Positions 34,261 to 48,038 are shown, numbered from the stretch's first letter. The stretch is DNA of 64,000 nt from Eutreptiella sp. 'Long Island Sound 2002' (GCA_964036045.1 OZ038378.1:197966001-198030000); one strand, 5' to 3'. Translations and numbers: made by a program. Notes: generated by a model from the letters alone, not told the origin.

Positions 34261-36174
34261 GAGAGAAGTTTGTTTTATTGGTAGATGGAACTGCATCAAA
34301 ATGACAACAAGACAAAGGGCAAAGATTCCTTGGGATTTAGTGGGAGTCGTGGCAAAAGTTTGTGGGATTCATTGGGAGTCACGGGAAAAAATATTGGGAT
34401 GCAAAGGATTCTGAAAAAAAAAGACGTTTGGTACTCACACTAGCTGAAAGGCCGGTAAGGAGGGGGAGGTGGATCTTTTTTCATGTTTTTCATGCATATC
34501 TGAATTCTCCATGAAAATCTGAGCATTTTGGGCGTACACAAGTTGCAGGGGGGGGGGTAAAAATGCAACTTTAGACTGCAAAAAATGCGACGCAAAAAAC
34601 GCAAATAAATTCAACACCACAAACAATGTTGATATGGAGCAACACCAGAAGATTTTGTCCACAACAAATGATGCTGAAGGTCCTTCATATCGGTATCAGA
34701 GTGCATTGAACCTGCCCTCAATATCTCCATTAAACATGAGCATATTTGTTATGCGCCTAGTTGCATTGGGCAACCCATGGCGGTATTTTGTATCCATGAT
34801 ACCTGCCAAGTCAGGTTCACTTTCCCCCTCACCACCAGTCACAGCTCAGGGGTATCGTTAACATCAGCAGCAGCATCATTTGTAACACCACATGGTACAC
34901 ATCTGTCCATGGTTTGCCAGAAACCAAGAAAAATGCAAAAAGTGCAAAAAAGGACCGCATCCTTGAGATGCGAAAAAATGCATTTGCATTCCCCCTCCCT
35001 GCAAGTTGGGTACAGAAAGCGTCTCTTCCTTTTTGTATGCAAAGAAATTGCATACATGGACACATTGTGCCCATGTATCACTGAAGCACAAAGTGCAGCT
35101 GTCTGTCACTCTCCATGTGTCACTGAGTGACAGATCGCCAACCCCCCCCCCAAAAAAAATTGGACCCTATCTTATGCCCATCCTTGCGCCCAGCACCCCA
35201 CCCCATACCTTGCGGCGCCTCTCGCGGGCTGTGTGCTGGGACTTCAGCTTCAGGGTCTCGTGCAGCGCGTGGACCAGGGCCCCTGCAGGCGATGAACCGG
35301 GGCGCACGGGCATGGCCTCACGGGCGTTGGCACACGGCGGCCGAGAGACAAAAGGACAGGGGGCCAGAGGGGGCCATGAGGGGGCGCACGGGGCCATCAC
35401 TCCATGACCAACGGCTGGGGAATGCCTGCGGATGGCTGCACAACATGTGTCCGGCTGTTCTGCCCCCACAAGCAAGCACCACCGGCCCCCAAGGAAATGT
35501 GCTGTGCGGCATCATGCTGCAGCATGCTTCAGGCCGTAGGTGGGGGGTAACCCAATGTTCCAAAAGCTGCAAAGGTGGCAAAACCAGAACCAACCACAAA
35601 GAAATGCACGTCCTGACACCCTCCAAAGATGAACACCGCAGAACCCTTTCATAAGTGGTCATGCGGCTTCTCCTCCTCCGCACATTTCCGTTTTTTGTCC
35701 ATTTTATTGGCATACACCACAGGAGGGGCGCCCTGGCGCTGTGCCATCCAGCCGCTTACTCCGGCCGGAGTCTGTACAATGATCAATGGCATGCGCCCCA
35801 TCTGCCACATACCCAGACCACACAACCATGTGTCCAGAGGCGGGGCTTTGGCATGACGCCGGATTGTGTTGCTGTCTGCAGCGGGCGACGCCTGTTGGCC
35901 TCTCCCCGGTTCCCGCTGCTCTTCCCTTGAACCCGCTCCCTCCGGAGGCGGTGGTGCCCACCGGCCTCTCATCCCCTTGTGCCCTCCCTCTCCCTGCCTG
36001 GCCTATCACTACTACCCCCCTACTGCCCCCTCCTTTCCCTTGGGAGGTTGTGCCTACGGATCCCCTGGACTGTCCCTGTTTCACTGCTCTGTGTCGGGGC
36101 CTCGCGGAGGAGGGCAATGGCCCTCGACGGTGGCCAGGGGCGTCCAAGTGGACACCCCCGTCCCGGCGGTGGGG

Positions 36175-37243
36175 GGCCCCTCCCCAACGGCGGCTTTTGG
36201 GCCCCAGCATGGCCCACAACGCAGCGGCAGGGGGGGCGCATGACGGCATAGCTGGCCACACCACCCGAAACGAACCGAACAAAGAACAGAGGGCGCCCCC
36301 ACCATCGTCCCCCGTTCGGGGCCGTAATTGATCTGCACCGAAGGGGCCGGGGAAGGTCTGGGGTTCCGTCAAGAAACTTGTGCTCTGTGCTTGCGCTCTG
36401 CCTCCACAGCCCCCCCCCCCCCCCCCTTGTGCGCGACCACTGCCAGTGTGGGCAGCAGCCCCCGTTCCCTGAGATACCTTGGTAGAGTACAAAAGCGTCC
36501 TCTGCTGCGGATGTGGCCTCAACCCCAACCAAAATGCCCACAATATCACGGAGTCGATCATTCTGCAGTGCAGAGGAAAAAGGCAATGTGCAAGTTTGGG
36601 GCAGACCTGCACAGGGCTTTAAGGGGGAAAAGGGGTTGGTAACACCAACAGAAACGGACGTTCACGGGGACGCTCTCTCAGTATTGAATAATGGTTGGCG
36701 GTTGGCGGCAGTTGGCGGTTGGCGGTTGGCGGCAGTTGGCGGCAGTTGGCGGTTGGCGGTGGTTGGCGGTTGGTGGTCCTTGGGGGCTCTGTCAAACGAC
36801 GCACAACCATCATGACATATTCAAAGACCTGGTCGTTGACTTTGGTGGGACTGAGTTTTAACAAATCGATGGCAACGGAGGTGCAAGGGGCATCAGGGAT
36901 AGGGAAAACGTTGGAGCTGGCCCCTCTGGGGGCCGGCTCACTGCTTGTACCGTTGGCAAAACAGCACAGCCCTTCACAATGGCCACCATGCCCTGGACCA
37001 AAAAAAAGGCGGGGGGGGGGGGGGGGGGGGGGGGCCTCCCCAACGGCGGCTTTTTTGGGCCCCGGCATGGCCCACAACGCAGCGGCAGGGGGGGGGCGCA
37101 TGACGGCATAGCTGGCCACACCACCCGAAACGAACCGAACAAAGAACAGAGGGCGCCCCCACCATCGTCCCCCGTTCGGGGCCGTAATTGATCTGCACCG
37201 AAGGGGCCGGGGAAGGTCTGTGCTTGCGCTCTGCCTCCACAGC
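36175..37243 (+). repeat. Two ~210-235-bp direct copies (36175-36410 and 37035-37243) around a GGCGGTT microsatellite
   Basis: Near-identical CTCCCCAACGGCGGC...GCGCTCTGCCTCCACAGC. Confidence 0.9.
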
Positions 37244-37757
37244 GGGAGTTCTTCAGGACAGCCCTGCCGCACGATCGGTGCCTGGAGCAGCTTTTGGCGT
37301 TCACAGGCCATCAACCGTCCCGTCCGGGACTAATGCCCCAACGCAAAACGGCAACGTAAGGGACGTTGATGGCAGACCAAACTTACGCCTGCCAGACAAG
37401 TGACCAGCGGATGTGCGTGTGCATTTCTTTTTTTTCTTTTTTTTTCTCAGGCTCAACAAGTTCGATGAGTATAATGTGAGCTCTCAGGCAACAGCCTGGG
37501 TCAAGAAGTAGGGCATATGGTACAAACGAGGGTTCCACATTTGTCATGTGTTCCAGCTTTACCTGGGGAACTGTCTCTGTTCACTACCTGCTTGGTCTAC
37601 TCCTTGCATATGCACTACGCAGTGCGTGTGCATTTCGGGTTTGCAGCAAAATGGTCCCGCTCCGGGCAGCAGCAAGCCCCACGGACCGATGCACACGCTT
37701 CAGCCCACGACACGCCCGCAAGCACCCGCAAGCACCCGCAGGCATCCCCTGTGCTCC

Positions 37758-38134
37758 CGGGGGGGGGCGACCCCTCGGTTCTGGACGCCAACTACCCCCC
37801 CAACTAACTGTTGGCCGGAGGCCCCTTGGGGGGGGGGGGGGGTCTAGGAGGGGCGATGGGGGGGGGGGGGGTGTAGGGATAGGAGTAGGCTGAGGGTTGG
37901 GGGTGGGTGTTAGAGCCAAGGTTGGGTTTAAGGATAGTGTTGGGGTGCAAAATGGACAAAATTTTCCTGAGGGCACCTTTGGTGTTCATGGAGCATCGGG
38001 CGCCTTAGGCGCCCATGGACGCCTGAGGGCGACACCTTTGGCAACTAACTGTTGGCCGAAGGCCCCTAGGGGGGGGGGGGGGGGGGCAGGGGTAGTTGGC
38101 GTCCTAGGACCCGCGGAGTCCCCCCCCCCCCCCG
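37758..38134. mobile_element. MITE with ~40-bp TIRs (C-Gn..GGACGCCAACTACCCC); related short copy near 5280-5395
   Basis: Inverted termini visible. Internal CTAACTGTTGGCCGRAGGCCCC-Gn occurs twice and again at ~5330. TSD unresolved. Confidence 0.7.
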
Positions 38135-39817
38135 TGCCCTTGCTGCTCCTGTTACAGCCGAGTTCAGGAAGGTACAAAGCCCAACACCAACACCCCCATC
38201 CATGGATCGCCCGCGACCGAGGACAGACCTCTTTCTGCAGCAGCCAGATGCAATCACCACCAGACCCCGTCCCCATCGCGGCCTGTCTCAGGGCACCCAC
38301 CTCCTGCTGCAAGAAATAGGGAGGATGCGGCAGTGGCATGCGGGCGGGGCGGGTTTGGGGACACATGAGGGGGCACAGCTCCAACGGAGGAAGGCAGGAA
38401 GGGAGGGAGGGAGGGAACCCCAGGGGATCCCCCCCCCGCAAGGCAGCCAAACGGTGCACACATGGCCGTTGGCGGGCCAAGTGGCGGGAACTGGTTTCGG
38501 CGACCTGCGCGCGCGGCACGACGTGCAAAACTGTTTCTGTTTTCGCCGAATACTAATCAGGTGGGAAGTCCAACACCAACCCCCCGCCCCTTGTAACCCC
38601 CACCCCCACCCCCCTTAATGCCAGGCCGGTCCCCCCCATGAGGGGGGGGATTGCACCAAACAATGGTAGCACTAAAATTGCAGCGGTTCCAATGTAACCC
38701 GAAGAAAATTTTTCTTCGGTGCCTTTGGCTCCTAGTATTTCCTATGCTTTTTTGTCAAAGTGACGGTCCCGGGATTGCAGGGGGGAGGGGGGGTCCAAAA
38801 GTCTCCAAGAAATATCATGTGCGCCATCATCTAGAAGTCGACAACATGTCAAGAACCACAGAAACCGTTCGCAGGAACAAATATGGGTGGAATCGGCTTG
38901 AGGGGCACCAACGAGGTCACACCATCACAGTGAATAGCGGAGGTGGAAACAAGGAGAGCACGGCAACCAAGGAGGGAACGGTGCTGTGTTTGGTGCGCCC
39001 TTGGCATCTTTTGAAGCCCGAAGCACCGCAGTGTGGTCCCACACTGCCCCTTCGCAGTCCCACACTACTTTTGTGCATCCTGTTTGTTCGCACACTGCTC
39101 CAGAGCGGTCTCCAGCTGCACCAGTACCGTCGCATGCTGCCCTTGTGCCATCCTGCCCCAGCGCAGCCCCATGCTGTGCACTGCCCCTGTGCAATCCCAA
39201 ACTGCCCCACTACATCACGGGTGGGCAAGTACCTCCGGGGGTTTGAATCGCTGTTGTGTAGGGGAGTGGAGGAGAAAACTGAGGAGCAGTGCCCCATTTC
39301 CTGGCTCGATCAGTGATATGGTGAATTCTCTCGTGCACATCGGGACCTTCCCACACAGGGGACAGGATTTGGAGGGCTTTTTGGCGATTTGCCAGACCTG
39401 TGGGGGGCAGCCCGGCTCCGTAGGGGGCAGCACCGCGCGTCACATCAGGCCTCAGAATTCTATTGCCAGGATCATCCGAAATTGGATTTTGCGAGCTGTG
39501 GAGGGGCAGGACCTCTCAGTGGGGGCAGCCCGAATCGGCGATTGGCATCTCCATAGGGGGCTACTTGTGCCAGGGAATTTACAGTACTTATTGACTTTAT
39601 GGTCGGATACAGTCCCTTTGTAGATAACAAAAAGTGTCACGGTGGAACAGCATGCCACCCCTGATGTGTGCCATGGAACACACTTTGCCACACAAATACC
39701 CCAAATAGCCCGACACTCCCCCCTTTACCAGTCAATCAGTGTAATATTTTCTTCCCCGTTTTCCTCAGTTCCTCGTCCCATTCTCGCATTCCCTCTGCAA
39801 TATGATGTTGTGGACAA

Positions 39818-40137
39818 GGCGGGGAGAAAATTGGGTTGCGGGGGGGGGGGGTTTCGAGCCCATTTTCCGACCCCTCCCCCCGACCGTGGGCTCCCAAATC
39901 CGCCCCCTTACTCTGCTTGGGGGCGGGGGGGGGGGTGTGAGAGGGCGCAGGGGGGTGCCCCAACATACATACCTCAAAATGATCCCATGGCGCGCGGATC
40001 ATTTTGAACATACACAGGTGGGGTAATTTTTTTCGAAAAAATTTTCCATCCATCAGCATAAGGCAAAAGCAAACAAACCCCACACCATCCTGGGGCTCGA
40101 ACCCCCCCCCCCCCCCGAGAGCTAATTTCTGATCGCC
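39818..40137. mobile_element. MITE of the AAAATT-Gn family with TCAAAATGA palindrome
   Basis: Gn-TTCGAGCCC inner TIR. Flanks CAA/CGA may be a decayed 3-bp TSD. Confidence 0.65.
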
Positions 40138-41881
40138 CGACGTACCTCATCTGGATACGTATCGGCAGTGCACTTGCCCGCGCATGTGCACCGGCACAGG
40201 CAGTACCTCACGCACATGCAGATGCACAATGAAAGGGCGACAAGGTGAAACAAGGGAGCACCTGCAAATGCTTTCGCAAGGCCTGCTCAAATCGCCATCG
40301 GCAGGAAACCTGTTGCGGGCCATCGCACACCCGCTCCACAGCTGCCGTGCAGGCGGGGCACAGTTCAGTGGGTGGCTGATCACATAAAGCCAGCCCAGTG
40401 GCCGTCTTTGAGAAGCTCACCCACAGAGACATCAATGCATCTGCAGAAATGGCCACTTGAGGCTGCAGTCAATACATCTCCTCTGCAGACTCTAGCAAGC
40501 CCCTTGGCCGGCACCACCCAGTCCCGAGTGCTTAGCAATTCCTGTTGCGCCTTGTGCATTTGCAGTGGTGCACGAGCACTCAGCAACAGCACCCCACATT
40601 TACTCCGCATTTACTTGTGGTGTAGCCAGTCTCCGCCCAGAAACGATTGGAAGTAATATCCAAACCTCCAGAAAACAAGGGCCTCGCAGTCAGACAAACG
40701 AGCACCCCCTGGACAGCGGCGTTGGTTTCGCCAACCCAAACCGTTTCACTGCCAATGCCAGGGCAATCCATGGGGAGTAACTTTCTCTGCTACGGTGGGC
40801 TTTGCAGCCCCCCCCCCCCCCCCCGCACAGGGATCACAGTCCACCAGCAACACCGCGGGCAAAATGCCTGGAGCCGCGGCACATCACTGACGGGTGACAC
40901 TGGGTGATCGGGACCCGCTAGCCTTGTGTTGAGCTTCCCGCATGACGTGTGGTGGAGGGAACCCTCTGAACTTCACAGTCGTCATGGTAACTGCATGGGG
41001 GCACTTTACACTGGTCGTGCACTGCATGCACAGTCGACACAAGGACCCATACGGTGTACCCATGAAAACCATGACCTCCTGAGAGCAAAAAGCAAAAAAA
41101 GCACCACAACACAATCTGGCATTCCTCAGGCATTTTAGTGCCTCCATGTGAGGCCTGTTGGCGCTAGCTGGGAAGTGGACACCGCTGGGGTCACAAACAC
41201 TTTCCATCCTACGACGGCAGGTCAATGGCAGATCAAGGGCAGGGCACAAAAGTCAGCACTAGACACCAGTTGCACCACACAATTTGACAACCCCTCCCAT
41301 GAATGTAGAGGTCATATATGATCTCTGAGGCTTTGATGTGTGCCCACGGGGCTTGATGTGTACCCACGGGCCTTGATGTGTACCCATGGGCCTTAATGTG
41401 TACCCACGGGCCCACGCTTATCATACAAATTACTTAGTAACAAACATAGGGGCATAGAGGTCGTGTACGACCTTTTGGGGATCAGCACCTCTTGTAAATA
41501 ATAAGCCCTGGGTGTGTGTTGGTGATGCATCCCCGTAATGTAATGGACTGCTTCCTATCAAGGAGGCAAAGCAAATTTGGTCAGGACTGTTGGGTGTAGC
41601 TTGATGCCATCGTGCCAAACATGCAGCTTACTGCACGTGCAAAGGCACATTTAGGCCATGCAGAGTGGTAGGATACCAAAAAAAAACAAATTTTTGCCCA
41701 AGCTCATAACACGGCAGACCATGTGTTTTGGGACCCACGAGCTTTGCCATTTGTGGTGCAGCTCTCATCTCAACATGACTCCAGAAATAGAGAAGCACAC
41801 AGCAAGCATACAGGGGCAGCGATTGCATTGTATGAAGTTGTCTGTCTGTGGGACATTTTGTGATTCTACATAGACCACTGC

Positions 41882-44800
41882 ATGTGTGTGTGTGTGTGTG
41901 TCGCTCGCCTGGCGTCTCTGGTGGGATTATGTCCTTCATGCACCTCATGTACGTGGGCGTTTGATTGTCCACTGTGCTCTCCGGTCGTCAAGTCTGCTGC
42001 GTTTTCTGCCCTTGGGGATATTCATCTGCTCGACCTGACTTTCATACCAGTCCCTCTTGTGCTCCCACCACCACTTGAGTGTGTGCTTGATGTAGTGTTG
42101 CCGGTCACCCCAACATCTTGCTGTGTGCGCTTGCGTGGTATACATTGCCGTGGACTTGAAAAAGTTTTCCGTGGTTCCCGTGTACTCACCAAGCCAAGAC
42201 TTGCGCTGGTGCAACGTGTGCAGGCCCTTGGTTTTCCATCGTGACATCTGGCGGGGTACGGGGCCGCGCACCGTTGTAAGGTACAGCCATTTTACATGTT
42301 GTTTGTATGTCGTGTACTCGTGGATGCGATGTTGCATGAGCCGCAACATGTTTCGATGCGTCCCCCCTGTATAGTGTCTGTTCTGGAGGAGGGTGTTTGC
42401 CACAATCCGGCGTTCCTCCGGTGTCTCCTGCGCGCTTTTAATTTAGAGAACCACGGCGTCTCCGGTACCTGTGTGTGGGGGGGGTCATCTGCCTCGACAC
42501 GCGGTGGCATTGTCAGTTCACGGCGCAAGTGTGTCACCCCCAGAAGCATGTGGTATTGGTGCCACACCACTCGCCACCTCATGTGATGTTTCTCCTCTGC
42601 TAGGATATGTTCAATGAGTGTTGATGGAATGTGTAATCGCCCGAGGTGATGCAGGTCTGTTTCCTCCACGTTCTCCAGCCAGGTGGAGATGTGGGGCCTC
42701 CAGTCTTCCCACGTAGACAGCCATAGGTCCATGAATGTTGAGTTCCATGCTGGGCATTGGATCAGTCTGTCATGTACTGTTGTGCAATGTGTTGTGCCGC
42801 ATAGTACGCATGGGGCTGTGTCTTTGCTCCAGGGGTGCCCACATCCCTCCCATCTCACATTTCCCCAGAGCCACTGCAGCCAGTATGACCGCCGTTTGCC
42901 CTTGAGTGGGAGCCAAGATGTCCAGTGGGTCCCTATGAAAATGGGCCAGAGTCGCCTGTTTAGGATCCACTTCTTTGCTGGGGTTGGCGCTAGGCCTCCT
43001 CCTACGTGTATTTCAGACACGTCTTTGAGTGGGATGTCTAGCAAAGGGAGACCTGCGGCCTTTTTTGCCAGCGCATCAACTTCATGGTTCCTTTTGATGT
43101 CGGTCTTTTGTTGCTGGGTGTGTGCTGAGCGTATATGTTGATGCCCTGCAATCTAGAGAAGCGGGATGGGCGTGTCTGTGAGGTTTGCGTGTAGTTGTTG
43201 CCGCAAGTCCATGTCAGCACACTCTCTGTCCGGTGGCGGGGGGCCATAGTCCACCACCGCCTTGTTGCCCCGGGGCCGCAAGGCCCGCCGTTCGCTGTCC
43301 GGCCGCGGGGGAGGGGCCTCCGCGGCCGCCTGCGACGCTCAGCTGTAAAGCTGACCCCGGTGATTATCCCGCCGGATTCGTGCTGCCGTAATGGTGGCAA
43401 CGGACGAAGGTCCGGACGAACCGAAGGCACATTTGTGGATGGCAGGACGGGCCCTACAAGGTTGTATACGGGACATTTTTTTTCCTGGCCAGAATCCGGA
43501 GTTCTGGTCAAAAACCCTCGCGCACGCGTGACCAATGGCAGTCGCCGACATTTGTCCTGTTGAACTCAGCACCTAGCTAGAGTTGACGAAAATTCGATTT
43601 AAGACCATGAATGTGAAGGGTTTTAAGGCCCGAATAATGCTGTAAAATCGGTGTTTCGCAAAACTGCACGAATCACTGTTTCGCAACACCGATCGTCGAT
43701 TTCCGCCAGCAGGCTGTTCGACGCCGAGGTTTTGACTCAATATTCGTGTTCAGCGTCAAAAACTACCCAGATTTGGCTTTCGGTTTATCAAAATTTGAGC
43801 CGGTAGGCCAAAGATATGATTTTTTCGAGTTTTTATACAGTGGGCTCAGTTTGGCCATTTTGGCCTGTTTCGTAGGCCTGTTGTAGCGAAACCACGAGGG
43901 TCTAGCAACGAACCAAGTGACAATCCAAGTTCATTTGCACCCAAATGATGTGAAAATGCCCAAGGTTGATCCCTCTAGCCTCCTCTTGATGCCTAGAAAG
44001 AGGGTACAAAAGGTAGAAAAAAACAGTACTTAGATAAGGTTGCTGTCTCCATTGTACAGCCTTGTCAAAGTGCTATATCCCGGCCTAGGGATTCAACCTT
44101 TGTGCAAACTAGTCCCGTATGGGTCCAATGGAACGGGTATAAGCAATGTTACGTCCCTATGGCCTCTATAGAGAGCACATGGGGGCAAAAACTCAAAGAT
44201 ACGTGCTTTTTAAGCTGTGTTTTTGGGTGCTGTCACAATACCTGCGTACCAAAATCATGGGTCTCCCCCCCGGAGTTCCGGTTGCATCCACATGCTTCGT
44301 TGGGACTTCAACCAAGCATATTTGAGTAGTTTGGACCTAGAAGGAGGGGAAAGGCCATTAGTTTGCCCGGTGTACCCCCAATGGCCCCTAGATATATCAG
44401 CCGGGGGTTTCGCATTTTAGTCAAAAATGGACATTTTCGGTTTGTGGGTCCATTCGTCGGAGCTCGTTCTCCAACATACCGTGGAGTTAGAACAAAGTGT
44501 TGGGCTCGTTTGAAAGCTGAGAACCAGTCCTAAAAGGATAATAGGACCCGTCACGGGCCGTCTCACACCCATTTCTTGCAAAAATTGCATCTTTGGTGGT
44601 CATTTTTAGGTAAAATCAGGTGTATGTTGTGCATACCCTGCCACGTCAAAATGTGTACCCGTCGGCACGTAGTCAGGTTGGAAGCACATAGGTAACCAAG
44701 TCCTCAACCAAGCATAATGGAGTTATTTGGACCTAGAAGAATGCAAAAGATCAATTGTTTGCCCATTCAAGCCCCGTTGGCCCGGAGTTATAAGCAATGG

Positions 44801-47800
44801 GGGTTTTGCATTTTGGTGAAAAGTAGCAATTTGGAGTTCATGGTCCCATTTGTCGGAGGTCGTTCTCCATCATACCGTTGAGTTGGAACGAACCGTTGGG
44901 CTCGTTTGAAAGGTGAAGAGGTATTGTAACGAGATATGGGGACCGGTTATAGGCCACCTTGAACTCATTTTGCCTGAAAATCGGGTTTTTTAATCATGGT
45001 TTTCAACTAAAATCAGCGTAATAAAATGTGTACTTGTTGGTACGCAGCGAAACTTCTGATACTTTCGGCCTTTGTAGGCTTGGGAAGGAGGAGCATAGCG
45101 AGTCCTTCCCAAGCCTAGTCACAAAGCTAATGACATCAATTGGGTTATCCTTTATTTTTTTTGTCTTTTTTTTTTCCTTTGCTTTTGCTTTGTGTAAAAT
45201 AGGTAAACTACTGTTGCTCGATGTGTTATTTTCTTGTTCTGATTTTTTCTTTTTTACTTGATTGCTAAGAGGCAAAAGGAGACGTTGTGCATAGCTAGTG
45301 TAGCATGCATTGATATTCTTGGTGCCGCACAATTTTGTTGATGTGATAATAGCATGAAATATGCACTGAAATTCATTCATTAAACAAGGTGTCACTTAGC
45401 ATTAGGTACATACCATGAACGAGACTTATGAACCGAGTATATTTATCCGTCAATTGTGCTGATTAGGTATTGTCAGAGAATAGGACGTAGGTCTATTGAA
45501 TGGTGTCAAGCGAGATGGTACAATGGTAGATATGCTACTGCCTCCACTACTGCTCGTCACCACGTATACCACCACCACGAGCACTTTCCCGCCGGGTCTT
45601 GTCGTGGGTGGGCGGGCCGGGCGTCCAACAGCGCTTGTTATCGAGAGTGAGGGAGTCCCCTGGACGGGCATGGGTAGTGACCATGACCGACCCCTGCAAC
45701 TCTGCCCTATACGAATCTTGGGGGCCCATCACCCTGTTGATGATCTGCAGTGGCCCACACGTTGCCGCCGCTCCTGCCCTTGGCGCCCCTGTGTGATTGT
45801 CCCGTAATTTACTGCCGTCGCTGTGCCATGTTGTGCCCTTGCGTTGTTTTTGGTTGTGGTAGCACGGTATGCCATTGATCGTACAAGGGACAAAACTTGG
45901 TGGTATCTGTCCGTCTTCCGGTGTGTGTTGTGTGGCGTCTGGACACACGTATTTGCGCGTGTATTCTTCTCGTCCCACCACCTTCTCTTTTGCTTTCCAA
46001 AAAATCGCGTCGTCTTCACTTTCTTCATCAAATAGGCCCAGCCCCCCACGAGGTTGTGCCTGCTTATGCGATATTTTCTCTAGGGTGTATGCCCTGAGTT
46101 GTTGAAGTGCGTGCATGTAGTTACGTAGTGTGATAACGTTGTGTGGTACAGGGTGTTCACCCATGTGTCTGACCAGGTTGGGCCTGCGGAGTATATCCTG
46201 CATCACTGTGATGTATCGTACTCTGTAGGCCCAATAAACTTGGTGTGGACCCATCCCCCCTGCATTTTTGGGTGCTGTGATGTGCGATGTGTTGTGTATT
46301 TTGTCCATTCCCCTAACTGTCAGGACGAAACTTTTGCCCACTTTATCCAGCTGGTGGAAGAGTCTGTCGTCCGGGACCAGTAGGCTGTGGTATACCCATT
46401 GTGGTATTAAGACCGAGTTCAGCAGCTGCGCGCGTTCAAAACTGTTCAGAGGAAGGTGCCCAAAGCAGGCCACGTCTGCCTGTGCCCTGGACAGTATGTC
46501 CGCATGCACTCCTGCTTGGTATGCTAGGTGGGCCAGGTAGTGCCCCACATACTTGAAAGCCGGCGCCTTCACCTGTATTGTGTCCCGTCCCCATTGTACC
46601 GCAAGGTGATTCAAGGTGATTGAAAATTCCTTGTATTGCCCCGTTGTGCCCAAGTTCCACTTAAATTGTGCCCAAAATAGCAGTGTCCACTCTTGCCATT
46701 GTGGCAGCAGTTCTGCATTGGGATAAGCGGCACCTATTGTCTCAGGGAGCAGCTTGGCAGCCCTTGCTGCTTCCCCAATACTCCTTCTAGGACACCCGTC
46801 TCCGGTGCACATGGCTCTTGGCTTTGATTTTGCGCACGGCGTTCTGGCCTTTGTTTCCTCCTCCGCATGGCAATACAGAAGCGGGCCAACAGCACCGGGA
46901 AATAATCCATTTGTAGACTGCACCATCAAATCCGCAGTGGAATATTCAATGTCACATCAATGCCCACCCCAGCACACGGCAACGGTTAAAATACAAGCAA
47001 ACATATCCCCCTCAACAGGAAGAATGGGAAACAAAGGCAACCACCTGAGGTTAGATGCATATGAATCGCATGAAAATCGCATGAACTCAATCCAATTCAC
47101 CTTTTCGTGTGCCGACGCAAGGCGAATGGCTTGTGTTTTGCGATTTGTGCAATACTCGTGTGAATCGCGAAAACCGTTGACAGATATGTGTCCCTCGACA
47201 TAAGAATGACAGATTACTGCAGGAAATCGCGATTGCCGTGTCCGTGCACTGGGCCCGTGCCCTTGGAGGCCGGGGTCCATTGCGCCCGCCGCGGCACAGG
47301 GGGCAGCTCAGGCACTGCGTGAAGAGCTCTCTGGCCAACCGCCCGTCCGGGAATCGGCCACGCAGTCGGTGGCGTGTAGTTTTCTTGCGGCATGCCTGAG
47401 GCCGACAGCCACAGGTGAAGGCAGGACAACCCCCGGTGGTGCTCAGTGCTGGTTGGTGCCACAGGCGACACAGCAATTTTGGGCTCCAACGAAGGGACGG
47501 GACCGGAACAAGCATTAGGACTACCACAGTTTGCCCTACAGGCTCTACATTGTAGGATTCATCTGTAGTAAAACTCGTACACACAATGAGCAGGACGTCT
47601 GCCAGCCTGACAGACCTCATTCATTGAAACAAACTTATTTTTTTTTTGTGTGTTTTGCCATAGTGCAAAATTGATACCAAAGCCTGAGCCAAAATTGGCC
47701 CCGTCGCTAGTGGATGGGTGGGTGATTAAACAACACAAGCCAACCCGGTATGCACGACACTCGGTCCGTTGTGGACACAGAACGTACTCATTCATATCGT

Positions 47801-48030
47801 GACTGCGGGCAGAGGTTCCAGAAGGCGGAAGTTGTTCAACAAAGCGGTCCACCAGGAGCTTCCGCAACCAGCACTCACAAGGCCCATTCGCCAACCCGCC
47901 TTTGGGGACGGGCCACAGTTTATAAAAGCGACGCACATCCGCTACTTTACGGGCGGTTGTTGACGGGACGTCCGGGGCAGAGGTCGGGCTTGTGAAGAGG
48001 CGCAGGATCCGACCAGCCCCTGCCCAGGCC
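41882..48030 (-). mobile_element. Degenerate non-LTR retrotransposon: RT, RNase H, C-terminal CxxC/H zinc motif, (CA)n 3' end
   Basis: AHEKVNW, FKYVG and LNSVLIP (RT). HSDGS, SYRAEL, LDNK|AVVDYG and NHEVDALAK (RNase H). CVLCG..H..TVHDRLIQC. Confidence 0.85.
43267..45633. mobile_element. Unclassified 2367-bp insertion in the LINE RNase H, 6-bp TSD CTTGTT
   Basis: CTTGTT at 43261-43266 and 45634-45639. Removal restores DNK|AVVDYG. Confidence 0.8.
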
Positions 48031-48038
48031 TGTCCCCA

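Noticed and set aside
38870-39700. Possible LINE RT remnant (also 22100-23150)
   Set aside because: Coding-like composition, but no diagnostic motif could be read in a consistent frame.
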